Origin: Camelus dromedarius
Lineage: Eukaryota
DNA: 64,000 bases
NCBI RefSeq assembly: GCF_036321535.1
Contig: NC_087437.1
Location: 80,478,001-80,542,000, forward strand
Direction: 5' to 3'
This document shows, in pieces, positions 39,933 through 52,025 of the stretch (the stretch's first letter is position 1; each line of letters begins with the position of its first letter). Under the pieces are notes generated by a model. The model was given only the letters and a program-made list of their open reading frames with translations. It searched no databases and was not told the DNA's origin. The position numbers and the translations under genes were made by a program.

Positions 39933-40490
39933 TGCCAGCATTCATCATTTGTGGACTTTTGAATGATGGCCATTCTGACTCATTGTAGTTTTGATTTGCA
40001 TTTCTCTAATAATTAGAAAGGCTGAGCATTTTTCATGAGCCTATTGGCCATTTGTATGTCTTCATTGGAGAACTGCTTGTTTAGGTCTTCTGCCCATTTT
40101 TTGATTGGTTTGTTTGGTTTTTTTGTTATTACGTTGTATGAGCTATTTGTATGTTCTGGTAATTAAGCCCTTGTCAGTTGCATCATTTGCAAATATTTTC
40201 TTCCATTCTGTAGGTTGTCTTTTCATTTTGTTTATAGTTTCCTTTGCTGTGCAAAAGCTTATAAGTTTAATTAAGGTCCATTTGTTTATTTTTGCTTTTA
40301 TTTCTATTGCCTTGATAGACGGCCCTAGGAGAACAGCGCTAAAATTTATGCCAGAGAATGTTTTGCCTATGTTTTCTTCTAGGAAGTTTATAGTGTCTTG
40401 TCTTATGTTTAAGTCTTTGAGCCATTTTGAGTTAATTTTCATGTATGGTGTGAGGGAGTGTTCTAACTTCACTGATTTACATGTGGCTGA
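39933..40490 (-). mobile_element. Inverted 5' segment of a twin-primed L1
   Basis: Minus-strand ORF2 fragment [23 protein letters not shown]...[28 protein letters not shown]. Confidence 0.9.
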
Positions 40491-41255
40491 ATGGCCATCA
40501 TTAAAAAAGTCCACAAACAATAAATGCTGGAGAGGGTGTGGAGAAAGGGGAGCCCTCCTACACTGTTGGTAGGAATGTAGTTTAGTGCAGCCATTATGGA
40601 AACCAGTATGGACATTCCTTTAAAAACTAAAAACAGTCTTATTATATGACCCAACAATCCCACTTCTAGACATATATCCAGAGAAAACTCTACTTCAAAA
40701 AGATACATGCACCTTAATGTACATAGCAGCACTATTTTTAATAGCCAACATAGAAGCAACCTAAATGTCCACTGACAAATGATCAGATAAGGAAGATGTG
40801 GCATACATATACAATAGAATACTACTCAGCCATAAAAAAAAATAATAATAAAATAATGCCCTTTGCAGCAACACGGATGGACCTGGAGCCCATCATACTA
40901 AGTGAAGTAAGCCAGAAAGAGAAAGACAAACGATATCACTTCTATGTGGAATCTAAAAAAATGACACAAATTAACTTATTTATGAAACAGAAAAAGATTC
41001 ACAGACACAGAAAACATAGTTACCAATGGGGAAAGGTGGGGGTGGAGAAACAAATTGGGAGTTTGGGATTTGCAGATACTAATTACTGTACACAAAATGG
41101 ATGAACATGCATAGCACAGGGAGCTGTAATCAGTATCTTACAAGAGCCTATAATGAAAAAGAATATGAAAAGAAATATATCAATGTATAACTGAATCACT
41201 GTGCTGTACACCAGAAATTAACACAACATTGTAAACCAACTATATACTTCAATTT
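40490..41255 (+). mobile_element. Non-inverted 3' segment of the same L1
   Basis: Encodes [10 protein letters not shown]; followed by the L1 3'UTR ending tgtacaccagaaattaacacaacattgtaaaccaactatatacttc. Confidence 0.9.
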
Positions 41256-41441
41256 TTTTTAATTTATAATAAACATGTTGATTGATTTATATGTTGACTT
41301 ATCTTTTTTGAAACTTTCATAATCATAATCTCCTTTTCCCTTCCCTTTTAAACACAAGTAACACATATTTGTCGAATTAGATTAGGGATGAAAATGTAAT
41401 TTCATGCCTTATATAAAGAAGTATTTTATCAAGAAGAATTT

Positions 41442-41644
41442 TACTTCTAGAATTTTTAATTCAGAATTTAAAACTTGAAGTTTGGGAGTTTTAGGGGAGG
41501 GAGTGGGGCTTGGGTTTTTTTCATATAAATCTACAAGGGACTTATTTTAAATTTCTATAAGCAAGGATAATAGTATGTACTAGATAGTAAGATTAATTAT
41601 AAAATAATTTAAGAGCTGAGAAAGAAATTAAGCTAGCTCATATG
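41442..41644 (+). repeat. Donor copy of a local direct duplication of about 200 bp
   Basis: Near-identical to 45685-45888. Confidence 0.9.
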
Positions 41645-42059
41645 CAGAAAAGACATTGTTACCTCAAATAATAATAAAAAATTATAGACCCACAATATAA
41701 TAATACTTTCATATACTGATAAGGTTAATAGGAACTATTACTAAATGTACACCGTGTACTGAATACTATGATAGGTACCTTATATATACTTTATCTCTAA
41801 TGTAATTAATGCCTGGGAGAATGGTCAAAGATCAAGGTGAAATATGCAGTTATGAAATTTTCCCAACCATCATTCATATTAGCAGACAAACTATAATAAA
41901 CATGTATTGCTATAAGCAGATTGAAAGGATAATATTGGAATTAATTAACGAGGAAGTCCAAACTCTCCATTACTAAAAGACTATGCAAATTTCATACAAC
42001 ATTAATGACAATTATTTGTTCAGTCGCCTCACCTCCCCCCAAAATTGCTTTTGCTCACT

Positions 42060-42255
42060 ACTGCAGCCTGCAGGCCAAAACTGGCCTATTTCACAGCCTG
42101 TCACGTAAGAATGGTTTTTACATTTGTAAGTGGTTACATTTTAAATGTTTATATAGGGGCCTACATGATATCCTCCATCTTGTCTCTTATTCCACAAAAG
42201 CTAAAATATTTACCATTTGGCTTATTGCAGGAAGAGCTTGCCAACACTTGCCTTA
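42060..42255. mobile_element. MER58-like hAT MITE
   Basis: taagaatggtttttacatt...gctaaaatatttaccatttggc...ttgccaacacttg. Confidence 0.6.
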
Positions 42256-42381
42256 AGTGCTCAGAGGCACAGCAGTGTCGTGGCTTGAAGCCTGCAGACG
42301 CGGCGCTAACACCAGCCGTGCGATTCAGGGCAAGTCCTTTTGTTTCTGAGCCTGTTTACTCACATATAAACTGGGATACTA

Positions 42382-42516
42382 CTCACGGCGAAACAAAATG
42401 TGACAATGAATATACGTACATTCAGGTATAACTGAAAAATGATGCTCTACAATGGAATTTGACACAACACTGTAAAATGACTATGACTCAATTAAAAAAA
42501 GTTAAAAAATAAATGA
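42382..42516 (+). mobile_element. Short L1 3' tail with a perfect 16-bp TSD, inserted in a MIR
   Basis: ATAAACTGGGATACTA at 42366-42381 and 42517-42532. Confidence 0.85.
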
Positions 42517-44094
42517 ATAAACTGGGATACTAGCATCTAAATCAAATTGCTATGATGACATGAGATAATGTACAACACATGTACAGCATGTGACACCTCC
42601 TAGACACTTTGTCAGTTCCCTTCCCATTCCCATAAATTATTACGACCATTGAGTAAATCTTCAACCAGCTTGTTTGCGTGTATGGCTGGGAGGAGAAGGG
42701 AGAACAGACTACATGCTGGACAAAAACTTGTCATAGCCCATGTCTGCAGAGCATATTCTCCCCAGAGTACTTTCACACTTGCGAGATCAAACTGGTTAGG
42801 AAGGAGCCCAATGTATTTTTCAAAATCATAATTGTAGAATTTACAGGTCAGGAAACTATTATAATGAACAATTCCTAAAGGTGCACTAAATTAGACATGA
42901 GCTTCAGTAAACAGATTCTCCTGTTAAGATCCTTCCATTTTTCTTTACTTCCAACAAGCATGTTCAAATTTCATCTCTTAACCTCACCACGTTGCCCTGC
43001 AGAGCTTCCTCGTCCCATTAGCCTACCTCATCCTGTACAGTTTAAAAGTTCCATAAAGTGCTAGCGCACAGGCTCTGGGGGGACCAGAAGAGCACCAGTG
43101 ACACAGAGAAAAAGGCAGACAGAAACCAAGTCATCTTCTAGTATCATGTGCTCTGTTTGCTTTACCTCTCAGAATCTTTGACCAGTGCTCAGCCCTTCCC
43201 TCCCCCAGCACACCTGAGAAGCATGATACACTCCCACCAGGAAGCTGTTCTCTGGCCACAGTGATTTCAAAATGGGGGTGTAGGGCTCTTGAAAACACTT
43301 CCCCAGTGATTAAGAGAGTCCTTTAGGGAGAAATCCGCAATCTGTTGGAAGACTATTGCCTTAAATTATTTTACCCAATAATTCTAGTGCCATTTATACC
43401 ACTCAGACTACCTGAAAAAAAGGGGCTAAATTTAACGACTGTTCACGTGTGTGAAATATAAGCCGATTCAGATTTACTTTGATTATGATTCCTTAGAAAA
43501 TAGGAGCGTGGACTTGGTTTCAATTCCTCTCCTACCTATAGTTAGATTTTATGAGACACCATATCATAACCAGCAGTCCTCCTGGAGGAAACTGTAGAGA
43601 AAGGTGACAGGCTTATGTTTGTACAAACTGTTAGCACCCACGTACCTACAGTGACATGTCAATCTTTAAATACAGGTATGATAAGTAACAGGAAAAGAGA
43701 TCCAACAGAAACCAAGGACTTCACAAATAACCTATGAAAATGACAACAAAAAGAGTACATGCAAACAGCTAATCCGACAAGAGTAATCAGACTACTGAAA
43801 CATCTGGATTTTTAAAGACAGTCGCACCTCCTTTCTCATAAAGAAATGCTATTGCAGAGAAGGGACTATTTGATCGAGATTTGGGGAAAGCATAATCAAA
43901 GGAAAAACACAGAGAAACAAAACTAAGTTTTTAGGTTGTATATTTAAAGATTCTCAAATATATGTGTCTGTGTGTTCATTTAACTACATCTTCTTGCTAA
44001 ACAAAAAAATTTTATTTTAAGAAGAAACAAAAAGGCAATATCCAGCAATCTGTCTTCAATTTAAATTCTATTGATCATAAAAAATTAACCTATT

Positions 44095-44350
44095 CATAGA
44101 TTCATTCAGCAAATATTTACTGAGCACCTACAATATTTAGGGCCCTCTTCCAGGTACTAGGAACAGAGCATTATACAAAAACACAGTCTGTGTCCTCGTG
44201 GAGCTTATATTCTTTTGGGAAAAACAGACAATAATCAAATAGCTGTACAAATATAACGCCAGGCTATGATACTATGCTATGAAGAAAAACAAACCAAGTC
44301 AAAGAAAGAGAGCCAGAGGGGCTATTTTAGCTACAGAGGTCCTAGAAAGC
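44095..44350 (+). mobile_element. L2 terminal fragment
   Basis: ttcattcagcaaatatttactgagcacctac...cctcgtggagcttatattct. Confidence 0.7.
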
Positions 44351-44819
44351 TTCTGTAGTATCTTTCAAACCTATGTGACCACAAAGCAGTTTAAGACCTG
44401 AGAATTCTAGCCTCTTGTCTTTTTAGAACTCTGAGTCAGCTTCCCCACTCACATAGATTCAAATCTGATCTGTATAAAAACTCCAGATTCCTAGCTCCTG
44501 CTGATCTTTTCTCTGAGTTGAAATTCCCCGATGCCATATTCCTCCTTTGCTCCTTCGCCCCCACCGAAAGATGATCTTCTGTAAGATCCACTGTAAAAAA
44601 GTACTAAGAATTCCTTCTCCAAAACCCTTCCCACATACCCCACAGTCTTCCTTTTCACTAGCATCATGTTTAAGAGCAGCTGGAAACTTGTTTGGGAAAG
44701 CCACGACAGTCATGTCTTCCCCTGCTCAACCACAGTTGGACCCTATGACCTCCCATATAAAAACTAAATCCCTATGCCTGGCTTTTAAAGCCTTTAAAAT
44801 CCAGCTGCATCAGATTTAC

Positions 44820-45195
44820 GTGTTAAAGACTGAACTGTGTACTCTTGAAATTCATATGTTGAAGCCCTAACCCCCAGTATTTCAGAGTGTGATTGTATTT
44901 AGAGATAAGGGCCTTTAAAGAGATAATTAAGTTAAAATGAGGCCATTAGGGTGTGCCCTAATCTAATCTGACAGGTGTCCTTGTTAGAAGAGAAAGAGAC
45001 ATGAGGGCTTCGTGTGAAGAGAAAAGGCCACGTGTGGACACGTGAGAAGGTAGCCACCTACAAGCCAAGGAGAGAGGCTTCAGGAGAAACCAGCCCTGGT
45101 GGTGCTGGTGCTTTGATCTTGGACTGTGAGAAAATAAATCTGTTACATAAGCCGCCCAGTCTGCAGTAGTGTTATGACAGTCCTAGCAAACTACT
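44820..45195 (+). mobile_element. MaLR LTR (MLT1-type)
   Basis: aaattcatatgttgaagccctaacccccag...caagccaaggagagaggcttcaggagaaaccagccctg. Confidence 0.85.
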
Positions 45196-45334
45196 GCACT
45201 ATCCCTTCACACTTCTACCTACTGCTCAACTCACAGGCCTTACAAATAATCCTGGAAAACAGCACATTAATTCCTGCCCCAAACATCTATCCAAGATAGA
45301 ATTCTTGCCCATAACAGTCTTCATCCCTTGCTTA

Positions 45335-45545
45335 AAAGCTTAGGGTTTTGAAGTCAAACGAACTTGGGTTCAGATCCCAGCTTCACTCATTTAATAGCCA
45401 TGAAGCTTTAATTAACTTCTCTAAGATTCCATTTTCTCATCCATAGAATGGGTCTCCCACCTGCATTCAGTCAGTATATAGGTTAAATGAGGCGGTGTAC
45501 ATGATATGCCTAGCACAGCTCCTGGCACACAGCACACATTCCATG
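45335..45545 (+). mobile_element. MIR SINE
   Basis: ttgggttcagatcccagcttcactcattta...ttttctcatccatagaatggg core. Confidence 0.75.
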
Positions 45546-45599
45546 GTGGTAGTTGTAGCTGTTATCCGGTTTTCAAAGCTTCATTTAATACCTGATTGT

Positions 45600-45690
45600 T
45601 GAATATGAAAACAAATATATGTATATATATGCATGATTGGGACATTGTGATGTACACCAGATACTGACACATTGTAAGTGACTGTACTTC
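45600..45690 (+). mobile_element. L1 3' tail lacking polyA, fused to a duplicated local segment
   Basis: gcatgattgggacattgtgatgtacaccag...gactgtacttc, the same tail type as at 19094. Confidence 0.8.
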
Positions 45691-45888
45691 TAGAATTTTT
45701 AATTCAGAACTTAAAACTTGAAGTTTGGGAGTTTTAGGGGAGGGAGTGGAGCTTGGCTTTTTTCATATAAGTCTACAAGGGATTTATTTTAAATTTCTAT
45801 AAACAAGGATAATAGTATGTACCAGATAGTAAGACTAATTATAAAATGATTTAAAAGCTGAGAAAGAGAAATTAAGCTAGCTCATATG
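45685..45888 (+). repeat. Second copy of the local direct duplication
   Basis: Near-identical to 41442-41644, with about a dozen differences by manual count. Confidence 0.9.
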
Positions 45889-45934
45889 TACAAAGTGAGT
45901 TTAAAAAAATCATCATGGTACAGCTTTTTTTAAA

Positions 45935-46545
45935 GAAAACAGTATGGCAGTTCCTCAAAATATTAAAGACAGATCCAACAATTCCACTTCCGGGTATACA
46001 CCCAAAAGAATTGAAAGCAGGGACTAAAAACAGATTATTTGTACACCTATGTTCACTGCAGCATTATTCACAGTAACCAAAAGGTAGAAGCCACTCAGAT
46101 GTCTATCAAGGGATGAATGGATAAACAAAACAGGGTATATACATAAAACGGAGTATTATTCAGCCTTAGAAGGAATTTCTGACATATGCTACAACCTGGA
46201 TGAACCTTGAGGATATTACGTTGAGTGAAATAAGCCAGCCACAAAAGGATAAATATTGTATGATTCCACTTATATGAAGTTTCTAGAGTTGTCAACTTTA
46301 TAGAGACAGAAAGTAAAATAGTAGTTGCCAAGGGCTGGGGTAGGGATGAATAGGGAATCATTGTTCGATGGATATGAAATTTCAGTTTGAGAAGAGGAGA
46401 AATTTCTGAAGATGAATAGTAGTTATGGTTGTATAACAATGTGACTGTGCTTAATACCACTGAACTATACACCTAAAAATGGTTAAGATGGTGAATTTTG
46501 TGTTATGTATATTTTACCACAATTTCTTCAAATATTAAAAGACAT
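45935..46545 (+). mobile_element. Old L1 (L1MA/MB-like) 3' region
   Basis: cagtatggcagttcctcaaaa...atggttaagatggtgaattttgtgttatgtatattttaccacaat. Confidence 0.85.
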
Positions 46546-46550
46546 TTAAG

Positions 46551-46650
46551 GAGGGAAGTGGGTATAGCTCAGTGGTAGAGTACATACTTAGTATGCACAA
46601 GGTCCTGGGTTCAATCCCCAGTACCTCCATTTAAATAAATAAATAAATTG
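46551..46650 (+). mobile_element. tRNA(Ala)-derived SINE, Vic-1-like (camelid type)
   Basis: ggtatagctcagtggtagag (A box)...ggttcaatcccc (B box) agtacctcc followed by a (TAAA)n tail. Confidence 0.85.
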
Positions 46651-46704
46651 TAAAAAAAAAAATTAAGGATATAATAGAAGAAAATGTTCCTGAAATAAAG
46701 AAAG

Positions 46705-46890
46705 AAATATGGAATAGATACAAATTACTATATATAAAACAAACAAGGTCAGAGTGTATAGCACAGAAAACTATATTCAGTAACTTGTAATAACCCATAA
46801 TGAAAAAGACTATATATAACTGAATCACTAGGCTGTACACAGGAAATAATACAACATTGTAAGTCAACTATACTTCAATAAAATAAAAAT
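46705..46890 (+). mobile_element. L1 3' tail
   Basis: actgaatcactaggctgtacacaggaaataatacaacattgtaagtcaactatacttcaataaaa. Confidence 0.8.
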
Positions 46891-47276
46891 ATGGGTAGAA
46901 AAAAGGAATCATCCCTCTTCTGGAAGCAGGTACTTTAAAAATCCATGGCAATGATGCAGACACAAAACAAGATACAAACAGACCACAAGCTAGAGGAAAA
47001 TCTTTTTGACTTCAATTGAATAAGCATGTGTAAGAGCACTTACGGCTGTGTGTCTCAACCTTGCTTTCATTATCACACCCACTTAAGGAGCCTTTGTAGC
47101 TATTTTTTCCCTGATTGTCTCCTGATGAAAGTTTTAAACCACAGATATACTGTGTATCTGTTTATGTACTATGGTCCTTTCGAGGGCCCTAAACCAGTGT
47201 AATATCTGAGATATTTCCCCTCAATAACCAATTTTGCCCTCTTGTGGACAATATCACCCTCTTTGAGAAGGCATGA

Positions 47277-47664
47277 GTGGGAATGTAGTTTTGTGTAGCC
47301 ATTATGGAAAACTATATGCAGATTCCTCAAAAGACTAAAAATGGACTTACCATATGAACCAGCAATCCCACTCCTGGGCATATATTCAGAGGGATCCTTA
47401 CTTCAAAAAGATACATGCACCCCAGTGTTCACAGCAGCACTATATACAATAGCCAAGACATGGAAACAACTTAAACATCCATCAACAGGTGACTGGACAA
47501 AGAAGCTGTGGTATATTTATACAATTTATGCAATACTACTCAGCCATAAAAATGAATAAAATAATGTCATTTGCAGCAACATGGATGAACCTGGAAAGTG
47601 TCATTCTAAGTGAAGTAAGCCAGAAAGAGAAAGAAAAATACTATATGATATCACTTGTATGTGG

Positions 47665-47695
<31 letters not shown>

Positions 47696-47998
47696 GGAGA
47701 AACTTATTTACAAAACAGACTCACAGACATAGAAAATAAATTTTTGGTTAGAAGGCAGGAAGAGGGTGGGAAGAGATAAATTGGGAGCTGGAGATTTGCA
47801 GATAGTAACTAATATATATATAATAGATAAACAAGTTTATACTGTATAGCACAGGGAACTATATTCAATATCTTGTAGTAACTTACGGTGAAGAAGAATA
47901 TACATATGTTCATGTATCACTGAAGCATTATGCTGTGTACCAGAAATTGACACAACATTGTGAATTGACTATACTTCAATAAAAAAAATATACAAAAA
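47277..47998 (+). mobile_element. 5'-truncated L1 (ORF2 end and 3'UTR) with TSD AAGGCATGA
   Basis: Encodes [17 protein letters not shown] at 47268-47276 and 47999-48007. Confidence 0.9.
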
Positions 47999-48429
47999 AA
48001 GGCATGATTTACAGTATCAGCCACTCTATAAAATGGGTGCCATGATAAATAGCAAATTTGACTGAAATAATCAGAGGACTGGGGATATACAATATACTAA
48101 CTAATCCAAAAATGTGTCCCAAAATCTTATACCAATATTAAAAGTATCTGCACACTATTAAACATCTGGACAAAAAGTGAGAAATTCATTTTGTGTCTCC
48201 AAATATTTAGACATTGCCATTGTACAGATGGTATAACATCTAACTGACTAACAGAATTTTGAGGAGTTTAATTCATATATTTGGTATCATGTATAGAGAA
48301 TGTACATTACCACTATGCCCTAACATAACCATGACAGAATTTATTTTTCTACATGGTAAAATGATACATGCAGATTTTACAGAAAAACTCTGTAATTTTT
48401 TTTATTATCTGGAATATAAGGAGCCTAAT

Positions 48430-48598
48430 AATTTTGCTACTCAGAGCGTGGACTTCAGGCCAGCAACATCACCATCATGTGCCAAGGTATTAAAATGCAG
48501 AATTACAAGCTCCATCCCAGAACTACTGAAACAGAATCTGTAGTTTAGTGAGATCTCCAGGTAATTCTCATGCACATTATAGTCTGAGAAACACTGCC
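48430..48598. mobile_element. MER5-like hAT MITE
   Basis: cccagaactactgaaacagaatctg...caggtaattctcatgcacattatagtctgagaaacactg. Confidence 0.75.
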
Positions 48599-49354
48599 TT
48601 AAAAGACACATGCAGAAATTCTTTTTTAATTCATGACAGTATTTTATTTTCTAACCATCCAAATAGATTGATGTATCATTCTACACATCCTATACTATAG
48701 AACCTATATGAAATGCAACTAGAAAAGAATCCTGCAAAAACAAATTGTAAATCACCAGATACAAAATGTGCACATTTCTACCCTGGGGGCTATTCTCAAA
48801 GAGGTTAATTCAAGTAGTTAACTCACTCTGCAACAGCAGGGATGGCAGAGAACTGGTGAATGGGTTTGCCAGGTGCCCAAAGCTCCTCTCTCCAGAAGCA
48901 GCAGCAGAGGGCCCTTCACCAGAGGAGAAGGAAGTACAACTAGGAATGCTCTTCCAAGCCTTAGCTCTCCAGCACAGAAGGAAACGTCCTGAGAGGAGCA
49001 GCATGAACGAGCAGCAGAGTTCCCTTTTCCCTATAACCCCAGCTGCTGTGTGCAAAGACGGCTCAATAAGTAAGAGGCTGCCTCTCCCCAAACATTAGCC
49101 CAAACATTCCCATAGATTCCACCATATAGCTTCACTCTTCGGCGTCTGAAAGATTTTCCTGTGGTCTTCTTAAAATATGCAGGGTTATGGTGGTCATCAA
49201 CTACCGTAACTAACTATCAGTTAAATCTGAACAGGGAGTAGATGGTATTCAGGTGTGAGCTCGGGGAAAAGGAAAGACCTTAGGGAAATCAGAGCCCTGG
49301 AAGGAGGTTGACCTCTCCCACTGTACCTCTGCTAACATCCCTGTGCCAAGGCAA

Positions 49355-49530
49355 GAGCGCTGGCTTTGGAGACAAGGCCCATCAGATTCAAATCCAAGCT
49401 CTGCCACTTACTATCTGGGGGGCCTGGAACCAACTGCTCAATCCCTCTGAGCCTCAACTTCCTCACCTGTAAAATAAGCCTAATTATGCTGACCTCAGAT
49501 GCCATTATGAGGGCTAAATGAGATCCTGCT
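49355..49530 (+). mobile_element. MIR SINE
   Basis: ttcaaatccaagctctgccacttacta...ctctgagcctcaacttcctcacctgtaaaat. Confidence 0.8.
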
Positions 49531-50119
49531 GGTCAACTCCCAAAACAAGTTAATTCTCTATTCACTAACTCCCCAAAAGAGCAGTAAAATATTTTCATCG
49601 ACTAAGTTAAGAAGGAAAGTGTTTTACCTCACAGACAGTCCCAAATTAAAGGAACAGGAAGTGCTTTAATCAGAAACCACGTATGCTAGCTTTAATGACC
49701 CGCTTCACCAAAACCGTACAGGGCATGCTGCTCTCTGAGACTGCGAAAGATTACATAACCCCGAAACTGCCAGTCAGCAGAGAGCCGAATTCCCCTCTTA
49801 GACCCATTCATGCGTCCCCCTCTCATGGAAAATAGTGGAAATTCAAATTAGTTAAAATGATCCTAACCACCAAAAAAAAATCATAGTTCACAAGAAATCA
49901 CAGTAAAATGCCTATAGTGTAAAATTCATAGCAACTTTAAGACAACTTCAACAATTGATTAAGAGATGCAAGAAATCACAGATATTTTAGAAAACACCCA
50001 CCCCCCGGCCGCCCATTTTTACTCTATCAGTCAAGGCCCGGTAACATCTGGATCCTTCTCCAGGAGCCAGAATGGCGGGATTCTGGAATGGAGTGGTTAG
50101 GAATATCCACCTTTCTCAC

Positions 50120-50187
50120 CATCAGGAGTTCAGCATCAGGACAAGAAAGCCAAAAGGTGAAGTCAGCCTCCTGATCTTCCTGTTAAC
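50120..50187 (-). other. NFKBIZ: NFKBIZ upstream non-coding exon 2 (68 nt)
   Basis: Strong acceptor ttttttcccctcag|GTTAACAGGAAGATC and donor GATG|gtgaga; resembles the human distal-promoter 5'UTR as I recall it. Confidence 0.75.
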
Positions 50188-51565
50188 CTGAGGGGAAAAA
50201 AATCAAGAGGCAACAGATCAGTGTCAGCTAAGAGATAAATGGAAATGGTTTTCTCGGGAGCAATTCATCGTGGGTCTCAGAACAGTCAGAAAGTCTTTCC
50301 TCTCGGTAGTGCTCTCCCTGGCTCTTTAACTTCAGAGAGGGTTTCTTTTGCTTTCTGACTTCTTTCAGGACAAAGTAGAATGAGAGGGGTTTGCCTCAAC
50401 TTCCTCAGCGAGGAAAAGTCTGTAGCTGGACAGCTAAATGATGCTGAGCAGGGTCATCCCCTTCACTCTGGGAAGGGTACCGCCAAGCATTTCACATTGT
50501 ATGTGTTGTGCCAACTTCTCGTGCTAGCTCATCCTAGACTGACTCTTCTGTCACACCTGTACCCTCCCCAATGGCGTCCTTAGCCCAAGCAAAATGTTGC
50601 TGTAACAGAGTGGGGGGGGGGGTCATACATTGTATTCTGAGGCCAAATAAAAAGACTTCCGGATCATGAGTGTTTAAATGATCTGTGTGGCTGACTCCCT
50701 CCTCTATCAGGGATTATTAAGGGTAGTGAAACTTTTCTCCTTTTATTGTCTAAACAACCTACTAAGAGAGGCAAAAAAATTCCACCCTACCAGGATAATG
50801 TATTTCTTTGGATACCAGATTTAAAGTGCTTAAAATTTACCCAGTGCTTAAAATTTACATAATAAATGTCCTCCTCTTTGGGACACCCCAACCCCATGAC
50901 AGCTAGTTCATGAATCCTTGTGGAGACAATCTCAATCCATCCTACCTAGAAATGTGCTTTTATTCACACAAAATCCCCGATTGCTTTAAATCTGGGGGTC
51001 CAGTCAAGTCATCAGATTTCAGGATTTCCCTCATTCATAAAGTGGTCTTGTAATAGATGTCTTTAATTTTACAGAAGTAATATAAGAATTACACACTATA
51101 TAACATTTCCATCTACTCAGATACATCTTTCCATAAAGATACAGTTCTATGCCTACCCTTGGTAAGAAAGTATACCTCTAAACCCACACCCAAACCTCCT
51201 GGGAGATTTCTGCCAAGGAGTACCACAGTTCTACATCACTGGCTAAATATAAGGTTTTATGTTAGATTTATGATATTTTTGTTACCCATTCAATCCACCT
51301 CCTTCATCAGTATCTTAATCTTTCCTGGGCCTTCAAGGCAAACAGACGATTCAGAGCCAGCCATTAACAAACTATAAAAACAGCCCAAATTTTCCTTCCC
51401 CTCAGAAACTGGTCCCTAATATTTTGCCCCCAAACAAGTATGATCATCCAAATACCAGAAAGTGACTCCAAAGTAAAGAATCCGAATATGGGAAAAGTAG
51501 GAAAAAAAAAGAGCTTAACATTTAAGATACTTTTTCATACTAAATATCGAATAATAAAAATATAC

Positions 51566-51762
51566 CTTCGTGTTTGAAGAGTCAAGTCATACAAATACGT
51601 AAAGGCAAAGCAATTGTTTCCAGCTGTAATCAGCGATAATAACCCAAGTACGTGAGAGCATGAGAAAGATGAGCAGTTTCCTTTTGAGGTTACATGATAA
51701 GCAGCAGCAGTTAAGCAGCCTTTTTCTCTAAGAACTCCGTGTCTGACCTCGTGGCAAGAGGA
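51566..51762 (-). other. NFKBIZ: NFKBIZ upstream non-coding exon 1 (TSS approximate)
   Basis: Begins about 30 nt downstream of TATAAA; donor CGAAG|gtatat at 51566/51565. Confidence 0.6.
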
Positions 51763-51785
51763 GGGCAGCCCCTCTGCGGGTCCCC

Positions 51786-52025
51786 TTTATAGCGATCGCT
51801 TTCTGCTCACCCATCTGAAGAGGGATGGGGGCGGGGGAAGCTAAGGACCTGATTTCCGAAATATAGAATACGGTCAAACTCTCGTTAGAAAGGGGCTGCG
51901 TGGGCACAGAGGAGGGGCAGAGGCGGCAGGAGGGGAGCAACGAGGACTGGCTTGTGGATTTTTTTTTCTGCACCCTGGAAATTCCCAGGCCAAAAAGGTA
52001 CAGACCCGAGTCCCGGACATTCCCC
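51786..52025 (-). promoter_or_regulatory. NFKBIZ distal promoter with TATA box and two kB sites
   Basis: On the - strand: TATAAA at 51786-51791, GGGAATTTCC at 51977-51986, GGGGAATGTCC at 52015-52025; local CpG retention. Confidence 0.8.

Noticed and set aside
46555..46630. Possible functional tRNA-Ala gene
   Set aside because: The acceptor stem does not pair and an A-rich tail follows; it is a SINE.
48766..49098. 110-aa ORF in unique sequence
   Set aside because: No recognisable domain or exon context; the length is compatible with chance.
50825..50858. Tandem AGTGCTTAAAATTTAC duplication
   Set aside because: Ordinary 16-bp slippage duplication with no functional clue.
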